Below, in pieces: positions 63,140-64,000 of a stretch of DNA of 64,000 nt. A program made the position numbers and the translations under genes. The first letter of the stretch is position 1. Every line of letters starts with the position of its first letter. Source of the DNA: Squalus acanthias (taxonomy: Eukaryota); assembly GCA_030390025.1 (NCBI GenBank), contig CM059432.1:51524001-51588000 (forward strand), written 5' to 3'. The notes under the pieces were generated by a model. That model saw nothing but the letters and a program-made list of their open reading frames with translations, was not told where the DNA came from and did not search any database.

Positions 63140-63529
63140 CGGCTGTGGTCCTCCAATAGATCCTGGGAGTGGGGGGAAGCAATTGGGTGGTGATCGGGAA
63201 AGGGCCGAGCGGGGCCGGCAATAGTCTTCCAGACTGCTGTGGAGCCGGGAGGAGTGCGGCTGCTATCTCACCAGGAAGTGTTGCCGATCGTGAGGGCCGC
63301 TGAAGAATCCTGAGTGCCGAATTTTTGAAAGGGGTCCTTTAACAGGCGTTTGGCCCTAAATATACGTATTCAAGGGGCCTAATGCCAGTGTAAGGCGTCC
63401 ACATGGGACACCAATTTAGCATAGGGTCCAACGTCTGCACACATTGGGCACTAGCTATCCCACTGCTAAATTGATATGCTTTGTGCCTGTTTTATACCAT
63501 GGGCACAACACATATCAATTTCTAGCCCC
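63140..63529. mobile_element. Right part of a Harbinger-type MITE
   Basis: Ends aatttctagcccc followed by taa; similar to 3737-3802 plus 9600-9725. Confidence 0.55.
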
Positions 63530-64000
63530 TAAGGTCTACCCTGATAAATGTAATGTTATTATATTGAAGCAGCATAGTTCTGATCTGGCCACACACTTAA
63601 TACATACATTCATTTCTGGTCACTGAGCCACAAGGAAAACATGCAAGTTCTGAAAGTGGTGCAAGGAAAGAACACAAGCAGTATTGCCAACCCCACTGCC
63701 TCATAAATCAAAAGGCAAATGCTTAAAAATCAGGAGATTTGTTATAGAAATCATGAGTTGCTATTTTTTTCCTGACCCCACCCCTCACTGACCTTTGTTC
63801 CCGGACAGGAAGCTCATTCTGCAACCTTTGCTCCCGGACAGGAAGCGCATTTGGCCATCACTAACCGATTACTGACATAAGAACATAAGAAATAGGAGCA
63901 GGAGTAGGTGGATCGTTGGCCCCACTGCTGCGTCACTCACAGGCTAGCCTCGCTCTGCTTTTGACCGTTATTCTTTCCGGAACATAACCTCCTCCAGCCC

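Overview
Repeat-dense vertebrate genomic DNA. The repeat repertoire (CR1 LINEs with octamer-like tails, Deu-domain tRNA SINEs, a Penelope-type hairpin, abundant PIF/Harbinger elements) points to a cartilaginous fish; this is an inference. I could not confidently identify a host gene, so the window is probably intronic or intergenic. Main contents: (1) a complete, nearly intact two-gene PIF/Harbinger transposon at 9745-13846 (DDE transposase plus a spliced 3-exon Myb/SANT partner), decayed copies of two further Harbinger families, and many 3-bp-TSD MITEs; (2) about a dozen CR1 LINE copies of different ages, one very young; (3) an RTE fragment, a single-ORF LINE with a tRNA-like head, and a solo LTR; (4) a perfect 184-bp palindrome carrying two minimal hammerhead ribozymes (Penelope-like, 11-bp TSD); (5) an approximately 2-kb ORF1-only ('half-LINE') Tx1/L1-type retrotransposon inserted with a 16-bp TSD into the tRNA-derived A-box region of a DeuSINE and later hit by a CR1. 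Two deep nests of insertions can be reconstructed almost base by base.
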